Below, piece by piece: positions 1-10,992 of a stretch of DNA of 64,000 nt (its first letter is position 1; each line of letters starts with the position of its first letter). The stretch covers positions 259,036 through 323,035 of the forward strand of contig JAHDYR010000017.1 of NCBI GenBank assembly GCA_019828565.1, written 5' to 3'. Under the pieces are notes generated by a model. That model saw only the letters and a program-made list of their open reading frames with translations, was not told the DNA's origin and ran no database searches. The stretch comes from Carpediemonas membranifera BICM. Its lineage: Eukaryota; Protista; Fornicata. The position numbers and the translations under genes are program-made.

Positions 1-488
1 TGTGTTGAACCGTTGTTTTGTGACAATTCATGACAATTTGAAGCAATCAACGCAAAATTATGTAACAAAAACACATCAGATGATCGTTTAATGCTGTACC
101 ACAGGTGTTACATCATCATCTGATCCATGGTAGTGCGGAGACTCTTGACTCAGTGGAGAATGGTGGCCAGGAGAAGAAGGCGGACTGCCAACGGGCGTGG
201 CAGAGGCTGAAGACGACGGCTGAGTGGGAGCAGGTTGGGTGGGGGGTGGCGTTGACGACGAAGAGGTGGATGGAGACGGGCACGGAGATGGATACGGCGA
301 GCTGTACGGCATACGCCTTACTGGAAGCGGCATCTCCGGCCACTTGACGAACCTGCACCGCCGGGCAGTTAAATCTTGAGGCCTCTTCTTGATCTGCCTT
401 GGTTTCGTCCTTGGCATCGCTCTGTGCAGAATTAGCCACAGTTTTTCACACAATTTTCACACAAAATTTACACGTTTTCAAATAATCT

Positions 489-1796
489 TTACTTCCGATC
501 AATCATCGCAATAAACTGCCTGTGGAGTCTTCCGCTTACACCTTTTGCGCACTTATTGGTGCTCACCTGCCTGTATCCCTTGTGGCATGTGTCACAGCTG
601 ACGTTCTCGCGTCCATGAAGGTCTCTACCACACACTATGCAGCGCCGATAGAAGACTTGACCCTCAAACCCCCGTTGGCAGCAGTCGACCATTCTCTTTC
701 GCTGATCTACAGAGAGTAAGACCTGTTCAGTATCATCCAAGAGGAGCGGACTGGTCTTGGCGACGCATTCATGCACGCGCATGATGACCTTGAGCTTTTC
801 AAGACATTCGGCAGCAGTGGGACGCTTCGTTGGGTCGAAGTGGAGCATCTGCATTGCCAGGTCGTACATTCCGAGGCAAGTGGGTGGCGTTGTGCCGCGA
901 ATCGGTAGTGCAGAGTTCACGTTCACGAAGTTGAGACAATCTCTGAGCGGTTCGAGTGTCTTACGTGACAACTGCAACTGCCCACCATAGAAGTGGCACC
1001 AGTTCAGCAAGCTACCAAGCTTCAGCATCTTCTTCTTCTTCCTGTTGTCGATCTGCGCCATGTTTGCACCCATGTCAGTCACCTTCGCGGCAAAGGGGGA
1101 CTTGGGGAGACCGTAAAAGAGCATCAAAATGACTACACCGCACGAGTAAATGTCGGAGGCAGGTGTGACGACATAAGAACAGGCGGGAAGAGCCGATGCA
1201 GTCATTCGCGTGAGCTTGGAGGTCTCGTATGGCGCTCTTTGAACTTCCGGAATGACCGAACGCGCAGCGAGACACTCTTTGAACATCTCTGGGGGTAAAT
1301 ACCCATGCGTGCCGCGATATTCGGATGCTGATTTCAGTTGTATGACCCAGTTCTCGTCGCTACAAGCCGGCTTCGTCATAGCAGAACCAAAGTCAATGAG
1401 GTATCCCTTCTGGTCTGTGCTAAAAAGAAAGTTGTCGGGCTTAATATCGCAATGAGCAACTCCGTGGTCATGCATGAAGCATACAGACTGCAGTAGATGC
1501 GAAACGTAGCGGAACTGAAGGCTGGGCTCAGCCTTACAGAGGTCGACGAAGAAGATTTGGTCGACATGAGGAGTCATGAAGGCTGGGACATGGTCTACAA
1601 AGCCTGTATCGACGACAGGGAGGACATGCGGACTGTCCTTGAGCGCTAGCAGGGTGGGAACCTCCATATCGTAGTGCTCATCAATCTTGATCACGACCTT
1701 CAGCTTGTCAGCTCCAAACTCGTGCAGATACCGTCTACTATTACCACGTGAGGAAGTCTGTTGCTCCAGCTTCTCACTATCGAGCTCGAACACCAT
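489..1796 (-). CDS. Ser/Thr protein kinase-like protein with C-terminal CxxC...CxxC cysteine cluster
   Basis: 435-aa ORF with kinase motifs VVIK (II), HCDIKPDNFL (VIb), LIDFG (VII), GTHGYLPPE (VIII), SDIYSCG (IX) and PTKRPTAAECL (XI); C-terminal CIVC...CDTC. The Gly-rich loop is degenerate and an upstream exon is possible. Confidence 0.85.
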   Translation of the reverse strand: MVFELDSEKLEQQTSSRGNSRRYLHEFGADKLKVVIKIDEHYDMEVPTLLALKDSPHVLPVVDTGFVDHVPAFMTPHVDQIFFVDLCKAEPSLQFRYVSHLLQSVCFMHDHGVAHCDIKPDNFLFSTDQKGYLIDFGSAMTKPACSDENWVIQLKSASEYRGTHGYLPPEMFKECLAARSVIPEVQRAPYETSKLTRMTASALPACSYVVTPASDIYSCGVVILMLFYGLPKSPFAAKVTDMGANMAQIDNRKKKKMLKLGSLLNWCHFYGGQLQLSRKTLEPLRDCLNFVNVNSALPIRGTTPPTCLGMYDLAMQMLHFDPTKRPTAAECLEKLKVIMRVHECVAKTSPLLLDDTEQVLLSVDQRKRMVDCCQRGFEGQVFYRRCIVCGRDLHGRENVSCDTCHKGYRQVSTNKCAKGVSGRLHRQFIAMIDRK

Positions 1797-2296
1797 GCAC
1801 AGGTAGCTGTGCGAAATACGGTCTTAAAGTGCATTTTGCGACAGCTACCTGTGCGTCGCTACGAGGGAAGCAGCAGCGGAAATAAAGACAGGAGTAGCTT
1901 ATGGATAGCATTTATCGACAACCTCAGTGATTCTCTTGGCGAACAGTAGTCTCAGTGCAGAGAAGCATTTCGTGAAAATGTGTGAAAAATGCAGAAGCTC
2001 ACAGATGCATGGAAAGCATGTATAGTGATGTCCTGTACATCCAGGGGTGTTCAGTGCCATCTCTTTCGTTTTCTTGCGCCTTGTGAAAATGGTGAAAAGA
2101 TTTCACTGAATCTAATGTTTTCACCATTTTTTTTCGTGAAAACGGACTTCCTCATGATTTCCTCAGGCATCGAAACCCCGTTTTTAACAGTATGGTCAGC
2201 CATTTATATATGAGATACGTATTTGATACGGTCTTGATCCGTCCAGCTCGACACCCTTGTGTCGAGCTCTCTTTGTAAAGCCTTTTTCCTTAGTGA

Positions 2297-2977
2297 TCAC
2301 ACTTTGCAATCTCTGATGTCGATGAGGACCTTGTAGATGCCATCGTCCTGCTCCATAGCGATCCTGGTGACCAGGCCCTGGTTAGTGGGGTCCCACACCT
2401 CCTCTCCTGCGATGGCCTCGACGGCTTTCTCATCTCCATACCCTGATGTGAGCGTGAATGTGCCCGTCTCTCTGCCCTCAATGCTGTCTCTCTCACTGTC
2501 CCACTCGATGTTGCTCTGTTCTCTCGGTTGGAGGATGGCCTCTTCGATCTTGTGGTCGGAAGGCCACTTGCTCATGTCCCTGTGCCCTGGTTGGATGGTG
2601 ACGTTCTCCTTGGCCTCTGCTAGGCGCCGTTCTTCGTCCTCTCTCGGGTCTAAGGCCTCTGTCATTGCGTAGAAGATGTCTCGAAGCCCTAGGATTTCGT
2701 TGGGGTTACGGAGGATCTCGTCTCTGTTGTTGGTGATCCCTGCGGCACGTAGCACTCTCCTCGCATTCAGTATCACCTCTTTTCGTGCTCTGGAGCTAGC
2801 TCCGAACGATCTCCCTGAAAAATCTTCTGCGCGACGCAGTAGTAGCGTTCTGGTGCCCTTCTCTTCCATCAAGTAGTCCGTTAGTAGCTCTCTAATCGTG
2901 TCCCACTCTTTTTGAGCGGATTCCCTGATCTTATCTGGTATCTCCACTCTCATCTGGTTGTTCTCTTTTCCCTGCAT
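2297..2977 (-). pseudogene. N-terminal fragment of ORF1 of the non-LTR family C lineage
   Basis: GTFTLTSGYGDEKAVEAIAGEEVWDPTNQGLVTRIAMEQDDGIYKVLIDIRD aligns with GSFILVSGAHGDEAVEGVPYDKVWDPANQGPVTRVAYEQEDGKYRVILELSD at 42310-42465 (-). The TGA stop sits where the homologue has Trp. Confidence 0.65.
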
Positions 2978-3137
2978 GAAAAAAGCTTGGCAAATGCATC
3001 GACGCGAAAATCGGTCAGCATGGCCCTGCGCAGGTACTGTCCCCGCACGGACCTCCCTGTTTTCTCATTTTTCCCTGATCGTTTGTTTTGGGGCTCGCGG
3101 CGAAATGGCGCGGTTCTAAAAATGCATCGCCATTTTC

Positions 3138-3982
3138 ATGCCACACCGTCCCTGGCGTCAGCCCAAGCCCCGACCTCTATCGCCCGCGGCCTCCGAGTGC
3201 CTCCGACCACTCATGCAGGAGCTCGTCAAGTCCCAAGTCGTGCGCATCTGCAGTCGCAGGCCTCATCTAGTCTCCCCCATATTCACTACTCCAAAGTCCG
3301 ACGGCTCCCCGCGACTGATACACGATCTCAGAACGTTGAACGACGTCACGAAGGAGCGGCGGGTGTTCCGCCTTTTCGGCCTCAAGCCTCTTGGAGATCG
3401 CAGCCCCGGACGACAGCGCAGTGAAGCTAGACCTACGCTCAGGCTACTACCAACTCGGCGTGAAGCCATCGGACAGAACGCTTCTCGGCTTTGCCTACGC
3501 CGGCCAGTTCTACCAGTTCCAGGTGCTTCCCTTCGGCTGGACAGCAGCGCCTTATGTGTTTCAGCGCGTCATGATATCCGCCGCGTCCATCATATCCCAC
3601 CGCTTCGGGGTGAATGTAGCTGTATATCTGGACGACTGGGCCGTCCTAGCACCGCAGAGCCACCTCAAGCGTGTAGTCCCCGGTATCGTCAAGTGCATGC
3701 AGCAGCTAGGCCTCATCCTCAACCTGGCCAAGTCAATGCTGACTCCTGGCAGGGTGATAGAGTACCTAGGCTTCAGGGTCGACCTGTCCGCGAGACGCAT
3801 CACTATCACGCAGGCGAAAGCCACCAAGTACGCGGCGAAACTGGACGAAGCTCGACTCGTGCCACCATCAAGGCGGGAGTGGCAGTCCCTCCAAGGCAAG
3901 CTCTCGTTCGCGTCTATCGCATGGCAGGACGGCAGGGCATGGCTTCGACCCCTTCAGGTCTCCGCAGCCCCCAACACTCCCC
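3138..3982 (+). pseudogene. DIRS-type reverse transcriptase (5' part, one frameshift near 3390)
   Basis: SPIFTTPKSDGSPRLIHDLRTLN, KLDLRSGYYQL, LPFGWTAAPYVF, VYLDDW, IEYLGF. Confidence 0.85.
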
Positions 3983-6803
3983 GCCCAACGGCGGCCCAAG
4001 GACGGACCCACCCACCAGGGACAACCTGGGCGTTGCCCCGCACAACGGCGGCGACCCGACCACTGGCCAACCCAACATGGGCGATCCAGTCGCCCCCTCG
4101 TTCATTGGGGGCGAAGCAGGTTGGAACCCAACTAGCGGGGGGAACCCCGCCACCATGCCCAGCGGCGAAAGTGCGGGCTCGGAGACCGGGGGTACCCAAG
4201 ATGGCCCCCGGCCCAACGCCGACGACTCGGCCAGAAGAGTCCCTGGCAGTGATAGTGACGTCAACCCGCCAAGGGGTAGAGAACTGTCAGCCAACAGCAG
4301 ACTCCCCCCGTCCTGCCCGCTCACCAACCCGCAGGGCAAGAGGATGCTGATCGGATGCATTGACTTCGAAGCGTCCAAACCCGCATCCAAGGCGGGGGAT
4401 GAGGCCGTCATATGCGAAGGGGCGGTCATAGTCTTTGACCCCGCCAACGGGAATATCGTCGCCAGTCTGCACGGGATGTTAGGCGAAGATATTCGGGTGG
4501 CCGACCTCGACCAGGCTCTGATGAGCTCAAGAATTCTCCACGGTTGCCCCCCAGCCACCTTCGTCGACATCACCACTGGGCAGGCCCCCAGGGATTCGAA
4601 AGCACATTCCCAAACAGCACCACATGGTGCGCGGAAATGATCGATGCCCTCCGGCGTCTCGAAGGACACCATAACGCGTTCATCCACCTGACTGCCAAAG
4701 GGGTGGAAGCTGAACGAAGTGTCCTCACGAGCGCCAAATACGTACCGGATTCCACGGCCAGGGCATGGGTAGCCACCCACCTAATCGATGAAGCCGGCCT
4801 AGATGCGGTGTACCCCCGTCTCAATAGCACCCTCACCCTCTTCTACCCCCCCTCCCAGGAGGACCGCCCGGTCCGAGAGACCCTCCCACAGGAGGACCAG
4901 AAGGCAGCCGAGCAGGCCAAGGTCTGGACCCGCGACCAGCAAAGGAGAAGGGAACCCAAGGGGCTGTGCCCCTATCACAGAAACGCACCAGCCTACTGTC
5001 ACTGTGCGCTTGCGGATGTATCGCTCTTCTACACAAGACTCTCCCTGGCCATCCACATGCTGTATAACCCGTGGACCTGGGCTGATGTGGGAGCGGAACT
5101 AATCGCACGAGGAGGGGAAAGTGACGGGGGCACAAAGCCCCATCATTAGAGTAGGACACGGGGTCCCAGACCTGGCTGTAGAGATCAACCGCCATAGAGG
5201 GCGAGAGGTCATCACACCCCTGGGGGCAACTACAGCACGTGATCTTTACCACCAAGCCGCGTCCGAAGGAAATCCACATGGCCAACACGACCGCGCAAGA
5301 GTTCAGCACAGGAAAAGGAATCCTAAGGGTCCTTGAAAGGAGGGGCGTAGCCGTTCTCAGCCCGAACTCCTGCCCAAGCACGAGACCCCTGGTCGTGGAG
5401 CTCCTATCCGAGTGGAACGGTAGGCGCCGCGTAGCAAGGGAGAAGGGCTACTGGCCAGACTTCTATGGCAACCGTACCACCCTGGACCCCAGGGTCATGG
5501 AGCAACTCCCGGTCAAACTCCACCCCGAGCTCCTGACCCTATCCCAGGCAGCCTCGCTGGTCCCGCTCCATAAGCATGACATGATGCATGGGGGCTCAGC
5601 CCAGCAGCTGAGACACCGGCTCACCCACTGCCTGGTGAACATCGGCGATAGAGCACCAGCGGGCGTCCCGAAACTCATCGTAAGCGCGGAACTCCGGCGC
5701 CAAGATAGAGGGCCCAGGCATTATGTCAACTTCTTCCCCTCGGTTCTTCCCCTAGACTGGGGCATCCGCACAGTAGAACAAGGAGGGGAGCCTGGAAGAC
5801 GCCGCCCGAGCGCCTTGGGCGAACCCCAATACGACGGCACCCTGGCCCTGGGATGCAGTCCCATGATGAGACTACCCCCCATCCGCCTGTGGGACTTCCC
5901 GTACACCCAGAACAACGACGGGCACAGGTCGCAGCGAGAGCAAAAAGAGGCTGTGACCGCGGCAAGGGCCGCGCTTAGAGCCTGCCTCGAAGAGCACCGG
6001 GAGAGGCTCACCAACGAGATTCACCAAGGCATGGAGTGGCCGGCCCTAGGGCTGCTTGAGGGCCCGCTCACCGAGAACCGACAGGTCCCCACCCCGAACC
6101 CATCTCAAAGGAAGGTGAACGCCACCCCCTCCCCCAGCAGGCTCCAAGGGGAAACAAACCCCACCCCCAACCCGCGCCAGGTAACCCCCGCCCACCCCAC
6201 CCCAAGGGCAATCATCACCCCTAATGCGCACCAGGTAAGCCCTGCTTACCCCACTCCCAGAGGGATGAACCCCCCCACCCGGCCCCGGGACAGGCGATCC
6301 TCACGCCTCACAAAGAGGCCAACCCCCCGGCGATGCCTCTGAGCCAGGCTTTCGAGCACCGGCCCCCGCCGGGCGGCCCCGAAGGGAAGAGGCCCCCAAA
6401 CCCAAGACTGGGCACGGTCGATCAGATGGGTGCCTACATCCAAGCCCTCTTCCAAGCGGAGGTGGAGCGAAGAGCTGAAGAAGAGCGGCAGCGGATCATG
6501 AGCCATTACGAAGAGGAAGTCTCCCGGCTGAACAACGAGGTTGCCCACCTCCAAGGCCAGCTGGCCAAGGAAAGGGAAGCCCTAGCAAGAGGAGCGAGCG
6601 AGCGCCAGCGCCTCCAGCGCATCGCCGAGAAATCGGAGGCCTTCAAAAGAGCCAGCCTCAGGCTCCGTGAAACAAACAGAGTCCTCGAGGCCAGGCTTGA
6701 GGAGGCGCTTGCCGCCGCCAACGGAAGCGACGAGGAAGAAGAGCTCCTACGCATCGGAATGGAGCACGAGAGCGACGAACCAGATCAAGAGATGCATGAG
6801 TAA
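3983..6803 (+). CDS. LINE A ORF1 (frameshifted): Maelstrom-like DEDDh domain (~4344-5040), unknown conserved domain (~5200-5700), Pro/Thr repeats, C-terminal coiled coil
   Basis: IGCIDFE, ICEGAVIVFD, LHGCPP, AKGVE, CPYHRNAPAYCHCALAD, assembled across ORFs 3138-4640, 4544-5149, 5239-6342 and 6333-6803. Confidence 0.8.
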
Positions 6804-7531
6804 CGAGCCATACCAAAGCAGTGGAGGGAAGAGTGCAGAGTCTAAAGGGATGTGTATATATAGCACGTTAGTGTAGGACTAGGTGAAGTGAAGGCGCCGG
6901 AATAGGTGCAGCGTTGGAGCCCGCCAGAAGGGCTGTACTGGCGCCAATGCCCGGGTGACTTTTTCTTTTCTTAAAACCCCTGTTCCCCGCAGGGACCGGG
7001 GGGCGGGTAAGAGGCAGTTGGAACGCCATCGAGGACCCGCCTGTCCGGCAGGCTGGAACTCCAGCCTTGGGAGGGGCGCCGAAAGGAGTCGCTCCCACCT
7101 ATGCGTAGTTAGGTAACGATGCTGCCAATGTGCGAGGCCAGAAGCGCTATAGAGACTGGCACGAAAGTCCCGACAAGCACCGCGAGGGCGCGGCCAGTGA
7201 AAGGGGTGGTACACCCTAGGTCAGCTCCAAGAGGGAACCTGGGCCACGTCTGGGGACTCTGGAGGAAGCAGCCGTTCTGGCCAAGCACCCCATGTGAATG
7301 GCGCATGCTTCTGGGTCCTGGAGAAATATCAAGGGCAAAGAAGACGCCTACCCGGGCCGCCCACCAACAACCCACAGGGCGGGAAGCGGCCCACCCAACG
7401 TGCTAAACAACGACGACATAGGCGCTCACCCATTGGGAAGGCAACTATGCAGATGCTAAACCCCAACAACAAGATGAAAGTGTGCAGGTAGTGCAGAATA
7501 AGGAGTGCAGGTTAAGGCAGTAACAACCTGA

Positions 7532-10500
7532 ATGCGAATAGTCTCCCTTAACAGCCAAGGACACTTAACGGGCAATGAAGACTACAGCGGATCTATAGCG
7601 GTAGCGCTTCGCAAGCACACGAGCCCGGACGCCCTCCTCTTGCAGGAAACATTCAGGTACGGTAACTCCGTAGTCCCCTGTTGGGCGGACCTACAATACG
7701 CATGTGCAGGGCACGCCAAACCCATCAAGGCTCGAAAGGGCAAGATTAACCTAGGCGTAGCCACGGTGATCAGCCCACATTCACAGGCAACCTGGGATGT
7801 AGGAGTATCTGACGGCACGAACCCCCCGAGTTCAAGTTAGCATCCTCGAAACCTCAAGGGCTATCGCAGTCATCAACATATACGCCCCTCCAAGTGACCG
7901 CAGCGCAGCGGGAGCTAGACCGCTTCGACCAACAGCTGGAAAACATCGTCAGAGAGTACCACGGCTTCGAGATAATCATCATGGGGGACTGGAACCGTGA
8001 CCCGCGGAGCCTGCGCCATGCCACCAGCGCCACACTACAGCGAAACAATCTAGACCTAGTTTTCCCTCGTCTCACACATACATGAGTGGGAATACCACCT
8101 CGACGCTGGATTATGCAGCTGTATCTGGGGGGATCACGAGGGCCAAAGCTAGAGTCATTGACAAAGCTGAGATGGGGCATTGGGGCTCCCCCCATAGGGC
8201 AGTGGAGCTAACCTGGGACGAACCGCATTGGAAGAAACAACCGGCCAAACCCAAGCTGGAAATCCCAGGAACAACCACCTGGAATGTCCTCCCAGAGCGC
8301 AACGGGGAAAGGGCAAGGGAATGGCCGCAACCCGATGTGGAGCTCCATGTAGATACAATCGAGTACCAAATACGGGAACTCTTATCGGTGGGATTTCAAA
8401 CTTCCGCTAGGAACGTCAGACCAGGGAGATCGCAAAAAAGGATCCCGGAGAACGTATGGAAGCAACTCATCCTAGCCCGATGGAACAAAGCGGGGGCCGC
8501 GGAAATCAAGCGAACCCTGAACAACGAGCTCCAGAAGTCATGGAAAAGCTTCAAGGAGGAGTGGACGCAGCAGGTGGAAAACAGCGCAAGGGCAGGGTAT
8601 AAGACCACCAAGAAGGTCATAGCAAACCAGGTCCACAGGTTCTGGAACGAGAAACAACACGCAGGGCTACCGGCGATGCTCAGAGGAAAGAGGTCGATCT
8701 TAACAAGGGAAAACGAGATAGCTAGGGAGCTGCAGAGGCAATACGCCCAAGTCAGTAGTGGCATAGCACCTAGTTGGGACCAGATCCCGGCGGCCCAAAC
8801 AACTGATCAACCCCCCACGGAGGAGGAGGTCACGGCCGCCATCAAGTCCCTGAAGAAATCATCGGCAGGAGGCCCGGATGGTATCACGGGCGAATGTCTG
8901 AGAGACCTCCCCCAGGCGGCCTACAGGGCAATCACATGCCTCTTCCAGAAAGTATACGAGTCTGGGGAACTACCCACCACGTGGAAGTACGCCTCCATCT
9001 CCCCCGATACACAAAGTAGGGAAAGATAAGCTACTGCCAGGATCCTACCGACCCATCTCACTCACCCCCCTCCTCTACCGAGCATATGGGAAGGTACTCA
9101 AATGGAGGCTCAAACCAACAGTTGAGAGGCACACCCCCAGAGAGCAGATCGGCTTCATGAAGGGAAAGACAGTCATAGACCACATCGCCCTCCTAACCCA
9201 ACTGCACCAAGAAGGAGACCGGACCAGCGTGCTGCTCGACATTGCAAAGGCGTACGACACGGTTCCCAGGGACATCCTAGTCAGCAAGCTGATCAATATG
9301 GGTGTACACCCCCACCTATTCAGAGCAGTACAAAGCACAATGGAGAGGACCTACATTGCGGTAAGGGGATCCGACCTATGGTCCGAAACGAACCTAGGAG
9401 TCAAGCAAGGTTGCGTGGTCGCCCCCACCCTATTCATACTATTTACGGCCAACTGGATTAGCCAGGCGTCACTCAGAATACAGTACGGCGAGATACCAGA
9501 CCCGAAGCTTCCCCCACCCACCACAGACCCGGGAATGGCATCATAGCAATGTTCGTAGACGATACGAGCATCTCGGCAAAGAAAGAAAATGATGCGGAGT
9601 CCCTCACCGCCGCAATGGTGGAAGTGATAGTGGCACACAAGCTATGTATCAGCCCAGGAAAGAACATCGTCATAAGTACCAATCCAAATGCGGAAGTGCG
9701 AATTCAAGGGGAGGCCACCCGAGCAGCGGAGTCAGGCCGATACTTGGGACTCTGGATAGCAAGTGGCCCTCATCCGCTCAGCGCATGCATCGCAAAAGAA
9801 AAAGAGAACAGTCGAACAAGTACATCGCCCTCGCCCGGAGAGTGGGATGGACTAAAGGCTCCACGCCCGCGGCTGTCTCCGAGTCCATCCTCCGCACCTT
9901 CCTATGGCCAAAGATCGAATTCGGAATCGAAATCTGGGGCCAAGTCCCAGGAGGCAGAAGGCTTTGGAACGACTGGCGAGGACTCATGGCGGGAACCGGA
10001 CCCGGTGGAGGTGGTGTCGCCCGCCTGATGATGGGATGGATGTGCTGGGAGGCGGACATGGGTGTAAGAGCGGTTAGAATCCGCGAATCGGCCCGGGACC
10101 CTGACCGCCCATCGCCCCTAGCGGACTTCGACTGGGGAAGAGCGAACCCCAAGTCCGTTATCGGAAAGCTGAACAAGTGGGCAGACAACGTACTAGATCT
10201 GGCCCCTAGCGACCTTCACGGACCCAGACCCAGAGCAATAGCCGGGGGATGGAAGATGACAGCACGAGACATCGCCACCAAAGGTAGCCGAACAGCCAAG
10301 GCGGCCGCCGAAGTGCTAGCTGCGGAGGCAATGCAAACAATGGCAGGCGGGAGAGCACCCAAGAAACCAAAGATTATCAGAGGGGAGATGATGCTCAGGA
10401 GGGAGCTGAAGAGGGTAGTTGCAACAGCCTCCAACACGCTCCCCTCCGCTAGCAACAGCCACACAACTCGAGGAGCCGCGCTCATCATAAGCAGGAGGTA

Positions 10501-10992
10501 CCCTGGGCAGGAAATGCTCTGCGACCGTATCCAAAGAATATGCCCGATATGCACACTCGCAGCCGAACGCGAATTGATCAACTACCTCCAACTATACCCC
10601 CCCCAGGCGCAGGCGCTAGTGGCAGTAGCCGGGTGGCTGGAAGACCAACCGCTAGGAACACAAAGCCACATCATAGCGGAGTGCCAGGGCGTCGGCCGCC
10701 CAAGTGGGTGGGAGCAGTGCTGGGAAGCTGCGGCAACACACACCATGGCAAGTAGGCTGCGGCACGGCCCAGATGGGGAGTGGTATAACTCCAGGGCCAT
10801 ATTGGAGCTCCACTGGCTACTGCAACAGGAGGATGAAACAGTGAAGGAGGGTCTATTATGCGGGAAAAAGGCCCTCATGAACCTCAGAACAGGCCCAGAC
10901 CCCTAGGAGGAAAGCCCTGGGTGAAGACAAGGCACAGGGCGGAACATTCCTGGAACCGGCGGGAGGTGTTTTCCCCCCACATGTTCCGGTAG
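7532..10992 (+). CDS. LINE A ORF2 (frameshifted): APE endonuclease, reverse transcriptase, C-terminal CxxC...HxxxxC zinc-knuckle-like motif
   Basis: RIVSLNSQG, LLLQET, INIYAP, IMGDWN, TLDY, GSPH (APE); GPDGI, YRPISL, LLDIAKAYDTV, GVKQGCVVAP, FVDD, RYLGL (RT); CPICT...HIIAEC. Confidence 0.9.

Noticed and set aside
88-453. Short ORFs at the window start
   Set aside because: No recognisable motifs. This may be an exon of a host gene but cannot be supported.
2290-2300. Non-standard genetic code (TGA at a Trp position)
   Set aside because: This is a single case in a truncated fragment. Long ORFs elsewhere use TGG for Trp and end at standard stops.
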